A DNA stretch of 64,000 nt from Diplonema japonicum (Eukaryota; Protista; Euglenozoa: Diplonemea), in assembly GCA_964019335.1 (NCBI GenBank), contig OZ025700.1, forward strand, positions 186,001 to 250,000. The letters are read 5' to 3'. The translations under genes were made by a program, and so were the position numbers. Under the pieces are notes generated by a model that was given only the letters and a program-made list of their open reading frames with translations, made no database searches and was not told the origin of the DNA. This document shows positions 33,798 through 46,493 of the stretch, in pieces (within the stretch, counting starts at the first letter, position 1; each line of letters starts with the position of its first letter).

Positions 33798-34501
33798 CTA
33801 TTTGTTTTCTTTTCCCGCGGCCTCGAATGCATCAAAGTGCTTTTGGTACCCTTTTACCTTCTCCATAACTGTGACGTAGGCCGTGATGTTGGGGTAGGCG
33901 TCCAAGAGGCCGAAATTTTGAAGTTGGTCGATCTTTTTTTTTTTTTTCCCCCAATATTTCTTTAGAAAAAGTGTACATACCTCACACACAAATAAGAAAT
34001 CGGCAAGAGTCAAGTCTTCTCCTGCAACGTAGTGCTGCCGGGAAAGGGTGTCTTCGAATCTTTTCAATATTGCGGAGACGTGCTTTCCGCAGGCCTCTAT
34101 TCTGGACGGCTGTTCGGAGGCAGGACAAGCTTTAATAATATCGAAGCATTCTGAGGATTTTTTTTTTCTTTTTTTTTCTTTTTTTGAATACCTGTGGTTA
34201 GCTTCGTGACCAACGAACAGTGCACCCCGAAATATTCTGTTACCCTCGCGCTGCTCACGGCATCGGTCGGCATGGGAAACTTCCCCTCTGCAAGGTATTC
34301 TAAAATAGCGCTACTTTGCGTGATTTTGACGTCCCCGTCAGTTAGCACCGGCACGCACCCAAAGGGGTTCCCCTGCAGGAACTCTTCTTTCGTCGTTTCG
34401 CTCGGTTCAATTTCTTCGACCTCACAGTCCTTCTCAACATATTCCAAAAACCACATGACCGTCCGGCTGGCCTGTGAAGGGTTTCGTATTTCGAGCTTCA
34501 T
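33798..34501 (-). CDS. Glutathione S-transferase (theta-like); introns 34151-34191 and 33933-33980
   Basis: SQASR, NPFGCVPVL, QSSAILEYL, LTLADF motifs. The spliced frame is continuous (LTT-E-CFD; FVCE|IDQL). Confidence 0.88.
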
Positions 34502-35281
34502 TTTTTTTTTTCTTTTTTTTTTTTTTTATTTTGCTGTCCCTTTTATTGCTTTTGTTTCGTGGGGGGAAAAAGAGAGGAAAAAAAAAAAAAAAAAAAAAAA
34601 AAAACAACTGGAGAAATAAAATAAAAAAAAAAAAAATATATCGACTTTTGTTTCAATTCGCAAAATAAAAAAAAAAAAAAAAAAAAAAAGAACAATAATG
34701 GGTGTGTGTGAAATCCAAACGAAATCCCCCTCCCTTTCCACCTAATTTTGTTTTCCCTTATTCTGTCCCTGAGAGTATTAGAGCAGAGGATTAAAGTATC
34801 CCCACCCACGACTTCGGTGTGGTTATTGTTTTTTATCTCCCTCCTCCCCCAAAGAAAGGGGAGGAAGAACAAAGAATAAAGAAAGTACGCGCTTTCACTA
34901 GTTTGTGCGCGCGAGCGGTATTTTACTTAATAAAATATCTCATCACGCTGGCCATCAACTAGTTTTTTTTTTTAGTCTTGACAATAATATTGTTAAAACA
35001 AAAAAACAGATAAAAAACAGAAATAAAAAAAAAAAGAGAGAAAGGTGCCTGCTCCTCCTGATGTTGCAGAGGGATGGGGGGGGGAAGAAAAGGTACAATT
35101 TTTTTTTCTTTCACCATTTTGCTTTTAGCGGACATTGGGGGGCATGATCTGGAACGGAGCCTTTCTCTAAAAAAACTGGAAGAAAAAAAAAATGCAGAAG
35201 GGGGCGCAAAGACAAAACAAAGAACAAACGTGCCTGTGATAACTTCCCCCCCCCCCCCCCCCCCCCAATTTCTTCCCCCAC

Positions 35282-36277
35282 TTAAGCAGTCATTCCCATA
35301 GCCTTCATTGTGCCGTAGAATCCTTCAGATGTTTTCTCATATCCATCAATTTTTTTCATCTTGGTTACATAGGAGTCGAGATGCGGGAAAGAATCAAGAA
35401 AACCGAGAACTTGCAGCTGATCAACCTTTTTTATTTTTTTTTTTATTTTTTTTTTTTATTTTATTTTTTTTTTTTTTATCTCCCACACCTCAGGAACCAT
35501 CAAAAAGTCACCTATCGTCAACTCTTCTCCAGCAACGTACGGGTTTTTTTTTAAGATTTCGTCCCAAATTTTGAGCTGTGGCCGCACTCTTTCAAGCGCT
35601 TCCTTTTTAACAGCTTCTCGCTCTTCCGGACGGCTGAACACAACGGGTGAGAAGGCCTGCGTCGTGAACGCGCGAACGTTGGTGTGATGCATAGACAAAT
35701 AATCGTTGACCTTAGCCCTTGTGGCTGGGGAAGAACCCGCAAAGAGGTGGGAGGAGGTAATGGATTCGTCACCCTCATGTGCATAAGTGATGTATTTAAG
35801 AATAGCTGACGACTCTGAGAGATAGTTTTGCCCATCGTGGAGCAACGGGACCTGTGCTACATGGCCCAGCGAGAGATATTTCATTGATTTGTGCTCGCCG
35901 GCCAAAAGATCCACTGTTTGAAGAAAACAGTCCTTTTTAAGGTGGGCCAAGTACCATGCCACGCTCCGGGACGGCTGGCTCATAGGGTGATGGTACAGCA
36001 CCCACCTTCCTGGGACTAAATGTGTCGGGGTGGCCACGGTCGGCGACAGCACGCTTTCGGGGTCGCTTAGTGCCGTAACGCTCGGCTCCATGTAGATAGG
36101 TTCTACCCCATTGTCGCTAGGCTTCCTCGGTGAAGCATCGACCACAGTTACCTTTTTCACCACTGGTTGTTTTTGCTGCTGTTGTTGTTGTTGTTTTTGT
36201 TGTTGCTGCTTAGCTGTCGCGGGAGCTGCTTGTGCAGGTTTCTTCTGCTGCTTCGGTTTGCTGTCTGTGCATCCCAT
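35282..36277 (-). CDS. Glutathione S-transferase (theta-like) with MGC leader and poly-Q linker; intron 35426-35488
   Basis: MGCTDSK start; HPMSQPSRS, QVPLL, ESSAILKY, LTIGDFLMVPE|VDQL. Confidence 0.88.
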
Positions 36278-36472
36278 TCACACCGGCCTCCCTCCCTTTT
36301 GTCTCCTGTAATTGTTTTTTCCTTTTTTCTTTTTTTTTCCTCCCCTCTTTTAAAAAAAAAAAAAAGCTGTAATAAAAAAAAAAATAATAATAAATAAAAG
36401 AAGAAACCCTTTTCACAACAACAAAAAAAGGGCCAAACTGGGGGGGTGGGGTAGAAACACGTGGGGGTGGGA

Positions 36473-36512
<40 letters not shown>

Positions 36513-36640
36513 AAAGAGAGAAAGAGATAAAAGACAAGAAACGGGGAAGGAAGGTGGTAGTGGTGGGGGCGTGCGTGAGTGTGCGTGTTCTAGACAAAAT
36601 ATATAAAATAACGTCGTTTTTTCCCCTTTTGCTCCCTCTT

Positions 36641-36671
<31 letters not shown>

Positions 36672-38742
36672 CCTCCTCCCCGTACAGCAAATAAGTATCC
36701 TGATCAGTCTGCTCAAGCAACTTTCAAGAAGGACCCATGATAAAAATGGGGGCATCAGAAGAAAAAAGGCCAACAATTACCTCTCTTTTCTGTTTTCACT
36801 CCTGGGGGAATAGTTTAAAAAAAAAAAAAAAAAAGGGATATTAGGTTAAAAAATTTCACTATGATAGGGGAGGGAGGGAGGGGTGCTGGTAACAATTCAC
36901 CAAAGAAAATAAAACTTTTTTTCTTTCCCCCAACAGTCTTTGTCTGGCAGGAGACCTACCCAGAGTAGTTCTCTTCTTTCTCTTTTTTTTTTTTTTTTTT
37001 CCCCCTCGCTTCCATAAGTAAAGGACAGGGGGTGGGGATTCCCTTTTTCAAAAGTGTCTGAGGATTCTTCTCTTTTTTTTTTTTTTTTTCCTCCCCATGA
37101 GCACAGAATCATAGAAAAAGACGCGAGAGAAATAAAAAGGAAAACTCTGGAGGAATGGTGGGCAAGTGAATGTGGGGGGGGGGGGGGGGGGAAAGAGAAA
37201 AATCGCAGGATAAAAAAAAAAACAACACATTTACACCTCCAAGCTCGGATGACCCTAAAAGAACGGACCGAGATTAGAGGCATGTACATCAACAAGCAGT
37301 TCACTCCTTTTGAAATTACTTCACGCGTCCATTGCAGCACGGTGAGGCGAAGGCCTATTCTTCCGTGAAACAAAAGCGGCTTTTGTTCCTTATTTTCGAT
37401 GACGTGTCATTTGAAAAACTTAAAAAAAAAAAAAAAAGCTAGTCCGAATAGGGAGGGTCTTTTTTTTTGCCGCAGGGAGTGTTGACATTTTTTTTTTTTC
37501 TTCCCCCAGGACGAGCTCAATGAAAAAATAAATAAATATAAAAAAGTCATTTCTTCTTTTTTTTTTTCTGGCCTTCTTCCGAAGGTGCCCCCCCCCCCTT
37601 TTTTTTTCTATTTCTGTTTTTCGTTCTCTTCTTTCGCTGTGTTAGATCGCAACGGAAACGTAGTAAAAAAAAAAAAAGAAATAAATAAAAAAAAAAAAAA
37701 ATAATACTGTAAAAGGAAAATCACCGGAAGGGAAAATGTCCGCAAGCCCAGATGATTTTCCTTCCGGACTTTCTGTTGCCAAGAGAAAAGGATTTTCAAG
37801 AACCAAAATTCTTCAGTGACCTTCTCTGGAAGGAGACGAACTGCATTCATCACAGGAAGACAACCCCAGCTCCTAGCAGGAAAAATATCCAGGGTACGTC
37901 CCTTGTGTTGCAAAGCCCCCCCCCCCACCGAAAAATGTAGTTTAACGGATTCGAAAATCCCACTGGCCGCCCATGAAACGCTTCGGCTCTGGGATTTGCT
38001 ACGACCTTATTGAACCCGGAAGGAAAATCCCCGGGAGTCCGGTTATTTTTTTTTTTCTTTTTACAGTAAATAAAAAAAGGGAGAAAAAACTTTAAAAAAA
38101 AAATCAGGGGGGAGGGGGTATACAAACTCTCGGATGAGTAGGGTACCAGCTTCTTCTTTTTTTTTTTCCCAAGATTTTTTTTTCTTTTGCAAGACAATTT
38201 GCGGTAGTCGGGGGGGGAACAGGGAAAAAAAATGGGGGGGAAAGCACACACTACAAGAGGGGACGCGTGAAGCCTCAAGTAGAAAGAGAGAAAGTAAAAA
38301 GAAATCAACGCCAAAGGTGGGAAGAAAAACTAAGAGGGGGGGGAAATATTTCCCGCCCGCCCCTCCCCTTTCTTTTTTTTTTTTAAAGGAGGAATTGGCA
38401 GACATCCTCGGACCCTTCCTTCTTTGCATTTCTTTTTTTTTTCCCCCACTCTCCTTTTCTGTCCAACCTCCTCCTTTCTTCCTTTTATTTTTTTAAGGGG
38501 GGGGATGGGGCGTCGTTTATTTTTCATATTCCGCTCCCTCTTCCCCCCCCCCCCCCACCTTTGTTTTTTCCTCTCCTCTCCTCGTTTCCATATTACAAAA
38601 AAAAAAAAAAAAAAACCATTTAGAAACATTCTGGTGGCATATTTAAAAAAAAAAAAAAAAAAAAAAATCATTTATTTCCAAGTGGGTGGTAAGGGGAAAG
38701 GGGAAAGGGAAGTGGGGAAGAAAAAAGAAAAAAAAAAAAAAA

Positions 38743-40442
38743 TCACTCCTTGGAGCTTTTGAACTGCTCAATAATCTTAGCAGCCGTTTCATAATTTTCC
38801 TTGTACTCAGGGTACTGCTCGCGAAGCCTCTCCAAGTAGGCTGTGATCTTAGGTTGGGATTCGAGCAGTCCAAAGCATTGGAGCTGGTCTACCTCAGGGA
38901 CAAAGAGAAAATCTGCAAGGGTAAGCTTGTCTCCAATAATGAAGTCCTGCGTTCCCAGTCGCGCGTTGAAAGATTCAAGGTCACCGGTAATCTTTTCCAA
39001 GCCTTCTTTCAGACGAGCCTCGAGGTCATCTTTACTCTTTGCCTCGAACAGAGCAGGCCTAACGACGGCAGTGGTGAATTTTCTAACAGCAGACAAATGC
39101 CTCCCAACGTACTCGTCCATCTTGATGGCCTCCTTGCCGTCTAATTTGAATTCCGCGTCGTCCTTTGAAATGTACTGCAGAATAGCATAGCTCTCCGACA
39201 GGTTGAAGTCACCCTCCTCATAAGCCGGGACTAGACCGGCAGGATGCTTCGCAAGATATTCCGGTTTTTTATGCTCGCCAGAAAGGACATCCACCGAGGT
39301 AATCTCAATGTCCTTCTTCATGTGGTTGATGTACCATTGCACAGACCTGGCTGGCTGGGACAATGGGTGGCCTCTTAGAACTGGTTTGTCAGAGGTTGGA
39401 GGTGATTCTTCCACTGGTTCTTCTTGTTCTTTTTTTTCTGTTTCTTCCGGTTTTGTTGCCGATGCTGCTGCTGCTGCTTCAGCTGCTTTGAATGATTTGA
39501 GCTTTTCAAATACGGCCTTCGCGGCTTCAAAGCTTTCCTTGTATGAATCCTGCTCACGAAGCCTTTCAAGGTATTTGCCTATGTTTTCAAAAGGTCCCAA
39601 CAGGTCAAGGAAGTCCAACTGGTCAACCTCTGGCGCGAATAAAAAGTCTGCCAGCGTTATTTTGTCACCGAGGACGAACTGCTGGCCGTTGAGCCTCGAA
39701 TCGAAAGATTCTAGTTCGGGTTTAATGGTTTCAAAGCCTTCTTTGACACCTTGAGCTCCCTCTTCGGCGGTTTTGGCGAAGAGTGCCTTTCGGAAACATT
39801 CTGTTGTGAATTTTCTAACAGCAGACAAATGCCTCCCAACGTACTCGTCCATCTTGATGGCCTCCTTGCCGTCTAATTTGAATTCCGCGTCGTCCTTTGA
39901 AATGTACTGCAGAATAGCATAGCTCTCCGACAGGTTGAAGTCACCCTCCTCATAAGCCGGGATCTGACCGGCAGGATGCTTCGCAAGATATTCCGGTTTT
40001 TTATGCTCGCCAGAAAGGACATCCACCGTGGTAATCTCAATGTCCTTCTTCGTGTAGTTGATGTACCATTGCACAGACCTGCATGGCTGGGACAATGGGT
40101 GGCCTCTTAGAACGGGTTTGTCAGAGGTTGGAGGTACTACTTCTTCAACTTTGGTTTCGTTTTGAGTTTCTGGTTTTGCGTCTTGAGCCACTACTGGTGC
40201 TGCGGCTGGGGTGGGGGTTGCTTCTTCCTTAGGAGGTGCTGGTTTCTCCGCCTCTTGTTTCACGGGGGACGGTGCGGAATCCTTCTTCGGTGGGTTTTTA
40301 GCTTGAGACGCCCGGCTTTCTCTTCTCTCCTCCTTTGGTTTAGACTCAGCTTTCGCCCTTTTTTTTTTTTTTTTTTTCTTTGTTTTTTTTTTGTTGTGTC
40401 ATACTTATTGGCGCTCGCATCCTTTCCTGCTGCACATCCCAT
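38743..40442 (-). CDS. Two-domain glutathione S-transferase (theta-like) with MGC leader; intron 40358-40404
   Basis: The MGCAAGK exon splices in frame to the 506-aa ORF. Two HPLSQP(C/A)RS...ESYAILQY...TLADFLF domains at a 732-nt period. Confidence 0.9.
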
Positions 40443-40465
40443 ATTTTTTCTTTAACTATTCCCCT

Positions 40466-40501
<36 letters not shown>

Positions 40502-41432
40502 TCCCTTTATTTTTTTTTGTTGTCCATAAAAAAAAGGGTGTGGGTGGAAGGAAAGACCACGGGAAAAAGAAAAGGAAAAAAAAAAGGATGGGGGCGGAGA
40601 AGGGGGGACGAAAAAAAAAAAAAAAAAAAAAAACAAGTTTTAAAACAAAAAAAGAAAAAAGAAGAGAAAAAAAAAAGAAAAAAAAGGCCTCGGAGATGGA
40701 AACAATAAAGAAAAATAAAAAACTGGGGGGGGGAAAGAAAAGAGAAAAAGGTATCGCTTTTGTGACCTTTTTCTAAAAGCTACGTGTTTTTTGTTTTTGT
40801 TGGTTTTCTTCCTTTTTCCCCCCCAAAAAAAATAGGTTTACTTTAAAAAAAAAAAAAAAAAAGGGAAAAGAAGAGAACAAAAGGGAAAGAATAAGAAGAG
40901 GGGGAAGAGGGCAAAAAGATGGGCAAAAAAAATTCAAAATTGAGCGAATACAACGGATTTTCAAAAAGAAAAATACACTTTTTTTTTTTTTCTCGGTCTT
41001 TCTGCGCTACGTAACACCTTCCCCCTCCCACCCCCCCCCCAAAAAAAGTAAAGTAACAATGAAGACGACACCCGTTTCCCCCCCCTTTTTTTTCTGCTTT
41101 TTTTCTTCCGCGTTTTTTTTTAAAACCTGTATGAACAACAAGGAAGTCCAGTTTAAAAAAAAAAAAAAGGTGGAAAGGAAAGCGAGAAAAAAAAAGGGGG
41201 AGTTTTTTGAAGGTAAAAAAAAAACAAAAAAAAACACACGGTAAAGTTTTTTTTTTGTTCATGGTGCAACAACAGCTCCCCACCCCCCCCCAAAAAAAAT
41301 CGATGTGTGACCTTTATTATTATCTTTCTCTTTTTTATTTTCTCCATTTTTTTTTTCTTTTTTTTTTTTTTTTTACTTCCCAAAAACACATTTCTTTCAT
41401 TTAAAAAAAAAAAGGAATCACTACCCCACACC

Positions 41433-42313
41433 CTATTCAAAGTTTGCGATCCTCAGGGAAACATAAGCGTAACGCTCCTGGTTTTAATTTTTTTTTTTTT
41501 TTTTTTTTAAATTCCAACCTGCAACGCGCTACTTTCGTTAGCATCTTCAGCAAGGTCGAGACCCTTGGGGACAAGGTGGGTGTACTGGGACTGCAGCTTG
41601 TTCCTATTTTTTTTTTTTTTTTTTTCTTTTTTTTTTCTTTAAATTTTCTCATACCTCATTTCATCGTGGGCCCTCCCAGACCCAGCATGGAATAGCATAC
41701 TCACGTACTTCGAAGGGAGCCCGTACCTAAGAATTGCCTCAACAAAAGCACGCACAGCCTTGATGTGAATCCACGCCGTGTACGCCTCTGAGAAATGTGT
41801 CTTGATCTCTCTGAGGAGAGCATCTTTCTTCTCACTACGCTTCTCCTCAAGCGCCTGAAACTCCGCTTGGGGGGTGCGGGCACGGGTACCCGACTCAGTG
41901 GCAGGCTCGTATTCCCTCACCACTATCTTGTTGTCCCTACACAGGGTACGGAAATGGTTCTCGAGTTGCTGTACAAAAAAAAAAAAAATTCGAAAAAAAA
42001 AAAAAAAAAAAAAAAAACCATACCGAAAACACCATCACCGACATCAAGGTGTAGTCCCCTTGCTTCGACACCACCTCCGAAGTCCCCGGAACAGCCCCGT
42101 TTCCGCACGGGATGGGACCCCTCTCGGGGTGGCCCCTCATCACAGTCGGCGCGAAACGGTACTTCGTGTACTCCTCGGGTTCTAAAAAAATTTTTTTCTT
42201 GAAAAAGAATCTTATAAACATACTCCTGATGTTAATAATATCGGTCGCCGCCTTTCTCTCTTTCGGTGTGTGGAAGTCATTCGACATAACGTGAACCTTG
42301 TGGTGTAGGAAAC

Positions 42314-42349
<36 letters not shown>

Positions 42350-43726
42350 ATATACCTCGTGCCAAGACCCGAGGTCTATTTTTTCCTCCTTGGTGGAGTA
42401 CTCCTGGTTCTTGTCCTCGATGGTGAAGGTGTAGGTGGCGCCGTCTTCCAGCTCGTCGAACATGACCTTGACCTTGTAACCAGACTCTTCTTTGAGGAAG
42501 ATACGCTTGTTAGCAGGAGGGGTGAGTCTTTTGTGCATGCTGAGCATAACAGATGACTCTGACTGCCCCTTCTTCACCGTGAGGGGACCATAGTCGGTAA
42601 CGTTAATGGTAACAGATGGCGCGGTGGCGCCAGCGGGGGGTGGCTTGTACCCTGACAGAACCCACTGAACCGGGTCACGGTGAGGAGCCTCGACACCAGT
42701 GGCGAAGGAGAACTGCTCGACCTTGGTGGGGACACCGAAATCAACGACAAGGGGCCTTGATGTGGAGTCAAACCAAGCGGTATCGGTGGTGCCGTCGATT
42801 GCGTTCTCCGGGAGGCCAGTGTCGGAAATACCACCGTAGCCAGTCCGCGAGCCGCCTTCGTTAGTCGCAGTGGCGTCTGACATATTAATGTCCTTTCCAC
42901 CGCATTTGAACTTTAACAGTGAAATGCTGACACCGTCGCTTACGTTGTCGGTTGTGCCTTCTTTGATGGAGTTCATGGCTTGTTTCTGGTCTTCTGTGAT
43001 GCCCCATGTTGCGTGCTCTTTCCAAATTTCTTCGTCTCTCTTTGAGAGCGCGACGAAGAGCATGATCAGCTGCGAGCCTTCGCAATTCGTTGCCTTTCGT
43101 CTGAGCAGCTCCTCAGGAAGCGGGGTTTTCCTGTTGGAGTTCCATGATGTGACCTCCTGGGAAATATCCTTCACGGTAAGGTTGCCGCCGACCTTTTTCT
43201 CGGCGGCGGATGCCTTGGCCTTTAGCTCGGAGTATTCAGCAACACGCTTTTTGATGAGCTCTTCAGCGGTGATGACGGGTGTTTGAAGCTCCTCGCAGAT
43301 CTTCTTGATGGAGACTTCTGAGACATCGGTGTACTTAAAATCGTCCCATTGCCATGATTCGAGGTAAGATTGGATCGACTTGGACTTTTCAATGGGTTGG
43401 TCTCCGTGCTGCTCCCGCTCCAGTACCGACACGTTGAGGAGGTCCGCTCTGATTTTCTTTAGCTGGTCCTTTGATTTGCCTTCTAAGTACAGCTGCTCGC
43501 CGGTTGCGAGGAGCTTCCCAACGCTGAGTTCTGTTGATGAGTCGAGCTTTGCCAGATCGTCGCTGCTCTCCATAAGTGAGTCGAGGGTGCCAACCTTGAA
43601 GTTTGGCAGCTGGAATTTCGTTGGCTTCGCCACCCTGCAGCCCAATTTGTTCACCGCATTCTTATATTCCGTGTTCACATCCCCGTTCTTGTCCCCGAAC
43701 GGCAGCATCACCACAAAGTACTCCAT
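41433..43726 (-). CDS. VMA5: V-type ATPase V1 subunit C with a large internal insertion; introns 42297-42355, 42182-42223, 41969-42023, 41604-41654, 41478-41518
   Basis: FKVGTLDSLMESSDDLAKLD, WQWDDFKY, GNLTVKDI, FSEAYTAWIHIKAVRAFVEAILRYGLP, C-terminal RYAYVSL. Five GT-AG introns give one continuous frame. Confidence 0.92.
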
Positions 43727-43828
43727 TGTGTTTTTTTTTTTTTCTTTTTTTTTTTCTTCTTTGGTGGGTGGTGAACGGAAAAATAAAGAGGGGGGGGTAA
43801 AAAATCTTTTTATGAAAATCTTTTTTGT

Positions 43829-43874
<46 letters not shown>

Positions 43875-43889
43875 TTTTGTTCTTAAAGA

Positions 43890-44135
43890 TTACCAATCTC
43901 TCACATGCAAATCCAAGTACTCCCGCATCTCTTTCAGGGCGTTTGGTTTGGTGAACGTATCGTTGTGCATCCCTCCCTCTATCAACGCTAATTTCTTCTC
44001 AGACGATTCTGTTTTTTTTTTTTTTTCCCCCTCCCACCCCCTTCCCTAACATACTACACATTCCATATAGCCTCCTCATATGAGAAGGTGGCACCAACTC
44101 ATCCGATGTCCCCGAAACGAACAGCACAGGTATTC

Positions 44136-44167
<32 letters not shown>

Positions 44168-44923
44168 CCCTTCATCTATATCATACTCAAGTTTCGCCAC
44201 GACATCAACGGACCTCCATTGGAGCATCAGAACAACTGGTTTAATCAAATTCGTGAAGACAGACGTAAGCACCGTCTTTCGTCTTGTGGTGATGGGAACA
44301 TTCTTAAGAATGGACTCTAAGATGGAATCAACCATGTCGGAGATACATGTGAAGGTGTTTTCAAGTATGAGCGCAGCGATTTTAGGGCTGTTTTGAGCGG
44401 CAAGCTGGACACCAACAGCACCACCTAATGACGACCCGTGCACTATAACAGCGTTGGGGTTGACATAGTCAAGCGACAAAACATGATTTAGAACAGCCTG
44501 CGCGTCGAGCATTAACGTTTCCTCGGTGACAACTCCATCGTCTGATAGGCCGTACCCTCTGTACTCCGCGAGGACGATATTGGTGTTGAGGTGTTTCATC
44601 ATCAGCTGTGCCTGTGGTATTCTATGCCCGATGTTCCCCGCATTTCCGTGAAAGTGAATCAGAGTTTTCACCGTGGTCCCGTGCGGTATATAGTAAGCCT
44701 TCAGCGTGACCCCGTCGCTGGTGACGACGTCGAGGATGGAGTACTCTTCGATGCCGTACTCTCGCGGGGTCGAGCAGTGTCTTCTTGAGTCTGCGGGCAT
44801 GTTTGGGTAATACAGAAGCTCCGCTTGCTTCGCTTTCAAATAATGCGCCAGCATTCGAAGAAACGACACAAATACCACTATCACAATCGCAGAGGATTGT
44901 AATATACCAACGACCGACATCAT
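43890..44923 (-). CDS. ABHD13/BEM46-like alpha/beta hydrolase; introns 44135-44186 and 44009-44054
   Basis: N-terminal TM, HFHGNAGNIG, nucleophile motif GSSLGG; after splicing, Asp (SGTSDELVP) and His (GGMHND) complete the catalytic triad. Confidence 0.9.
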
Positions 44924-45082
44924 TCTTTTTTTGTTTTTGTTTTGTGTTCTCTCTTTGCCCCTCTTGAGTTGTGTGTGTGTGTGTGAGTGAGATCAGGGGT
45001 AAAGGGGAGGGGTATACAAACACACTATGTGATTTGATATTTTTTTTTTTTTTTTTTTTTTTTATAAAAAAATATTTTTTTC

Positions 45083-45396
45083 TTACCGTCTCTGTACAAC
45101 ACCTGTCGGTTGTTGTTGTTGTTGTTGTTGCTGCTGGGCCGGTTTGGGTTTTTTGTATAGATTGAACTGTTTTTTTTTTTTTTTTTCTTCTTTTTTTTTT
45201 CTCTTTGCAGAGACAACCATACCTTATCAATTAATGGCACGTGTGTCAGCAACTGGCTCCTGCAGCATAACCGTTTCAAGCCTAATTTGTCTAGCGCCTC
45301 TGCCTCTGTCATATCTTGCACCAAATATTCACACCACTCCTCCCACATGTTTCCGATAACCTTTCCGCACGTGAAGCATCGCACGGGGATAATCAT
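45083..45396 (-). CDS. RPB10: RNA polymerase I/II/III common subunit RPB10; intron 45167-45222
   Basis: [15 protein letters not shown]...[12 protein letters not shown]; spliced tail [13 protein letters not shown]...PTGVVQRR. Confidence 0.95.
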
Positions 45397-45739
45397 TTTT
45401 TTTTAAATTCCTTATTCTCCTTTAAGAACATGACAATATAGGAATTGAAAACAAACACAGTAGGGGAAACAATGGGACAAGTGATTGTTTGAAGTCGAGA
45501 GAAGGGATGGGGGTGAGGGGGGGGGGGGGGGGGGTATTACAAGTATGAGGTTGCCATTCATGGGGGGTGGGGGGGTTTTTTTTAATCCCCCAGTAATCCG
45601 TACTTTTTTGAGAAAAAAAAGAAAATGTTTGGAAAAAAGAAAAAAAAAAACTCTTCGGAGGGGATGGGGGGGAAAAAATATCAATAATGTCTCCGTGTCA
45701 TCCCCCCCACACTTTTTTTTGTTCTTCTTTTTTCCCGCT

Positions 45740-46460
45740 TTATTTGTCGGCTTCTTTCACTTCTTCCTCTTTCTTTTCCTCCTCTTTCTTGTCCTCTTCT
45801 TTTGCTTCCTCTTTGGGTGCTTCCTCCACTGGTGCTTCTTCTTTGGAAGGTTCAGGGACGGCCTCAGGGGCAGGGGAACATTCCTCCTCAGTACAAACAG
45901 GGAGCGCCTTGCATTCTTCGACAATTTCAGAAAACAGCACGGTGCTAAGGTACCGCTCGCCGTATGAGGGAACGATAGCGACGATGACCTTCTCAGCGTA
46001 CTCGGGACGGGTCCCCAAAGCGATGGCAGCATCGATGATGGCGCCTGCTGAGATACCGACGAGAAGCCCTTCGGTGGTGGGCATGCAGCGAGCGCGTGCA
46101 ATAGATTTCTCTGAGCTCACGGTAAGAACTTCGTCCACAAGATCCATGTCAAGCACAGCGGGCTTGAACCCGGCACCGATACCCTGGATCTTGTGCGGGC
46201 CGGGGTTGCCCCCGCTCAGCACAGGGCTCTCCTCAGGCTCCACCGCGATGATCTTGCACCCGCTTCCCTGGGATTTGAGGTACCTAGCGCACCCTGTGAT
46301 GGTACCGCCAGTCCCCACCCCGGACACCAAGCACGCCATCTCCCCGTCCACCGCCTTCCAGATCTCCGGCCCTGTTGTGTCTTCGTGGACCTGTGCGTTG
46401 ACAGCCGTCTCGAACTGCTTTGTTAGGACCGCGTTTTCCCGTTCCTTGCAGATCTGTATG

Positions 46461-46493
<33 letters not shown>

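Noticed and set aside
36157-41652. Numerous poly-K/poly-F ORFs here and in other spacers
   Set aside because: Translations of A/T homopolymer tracts.
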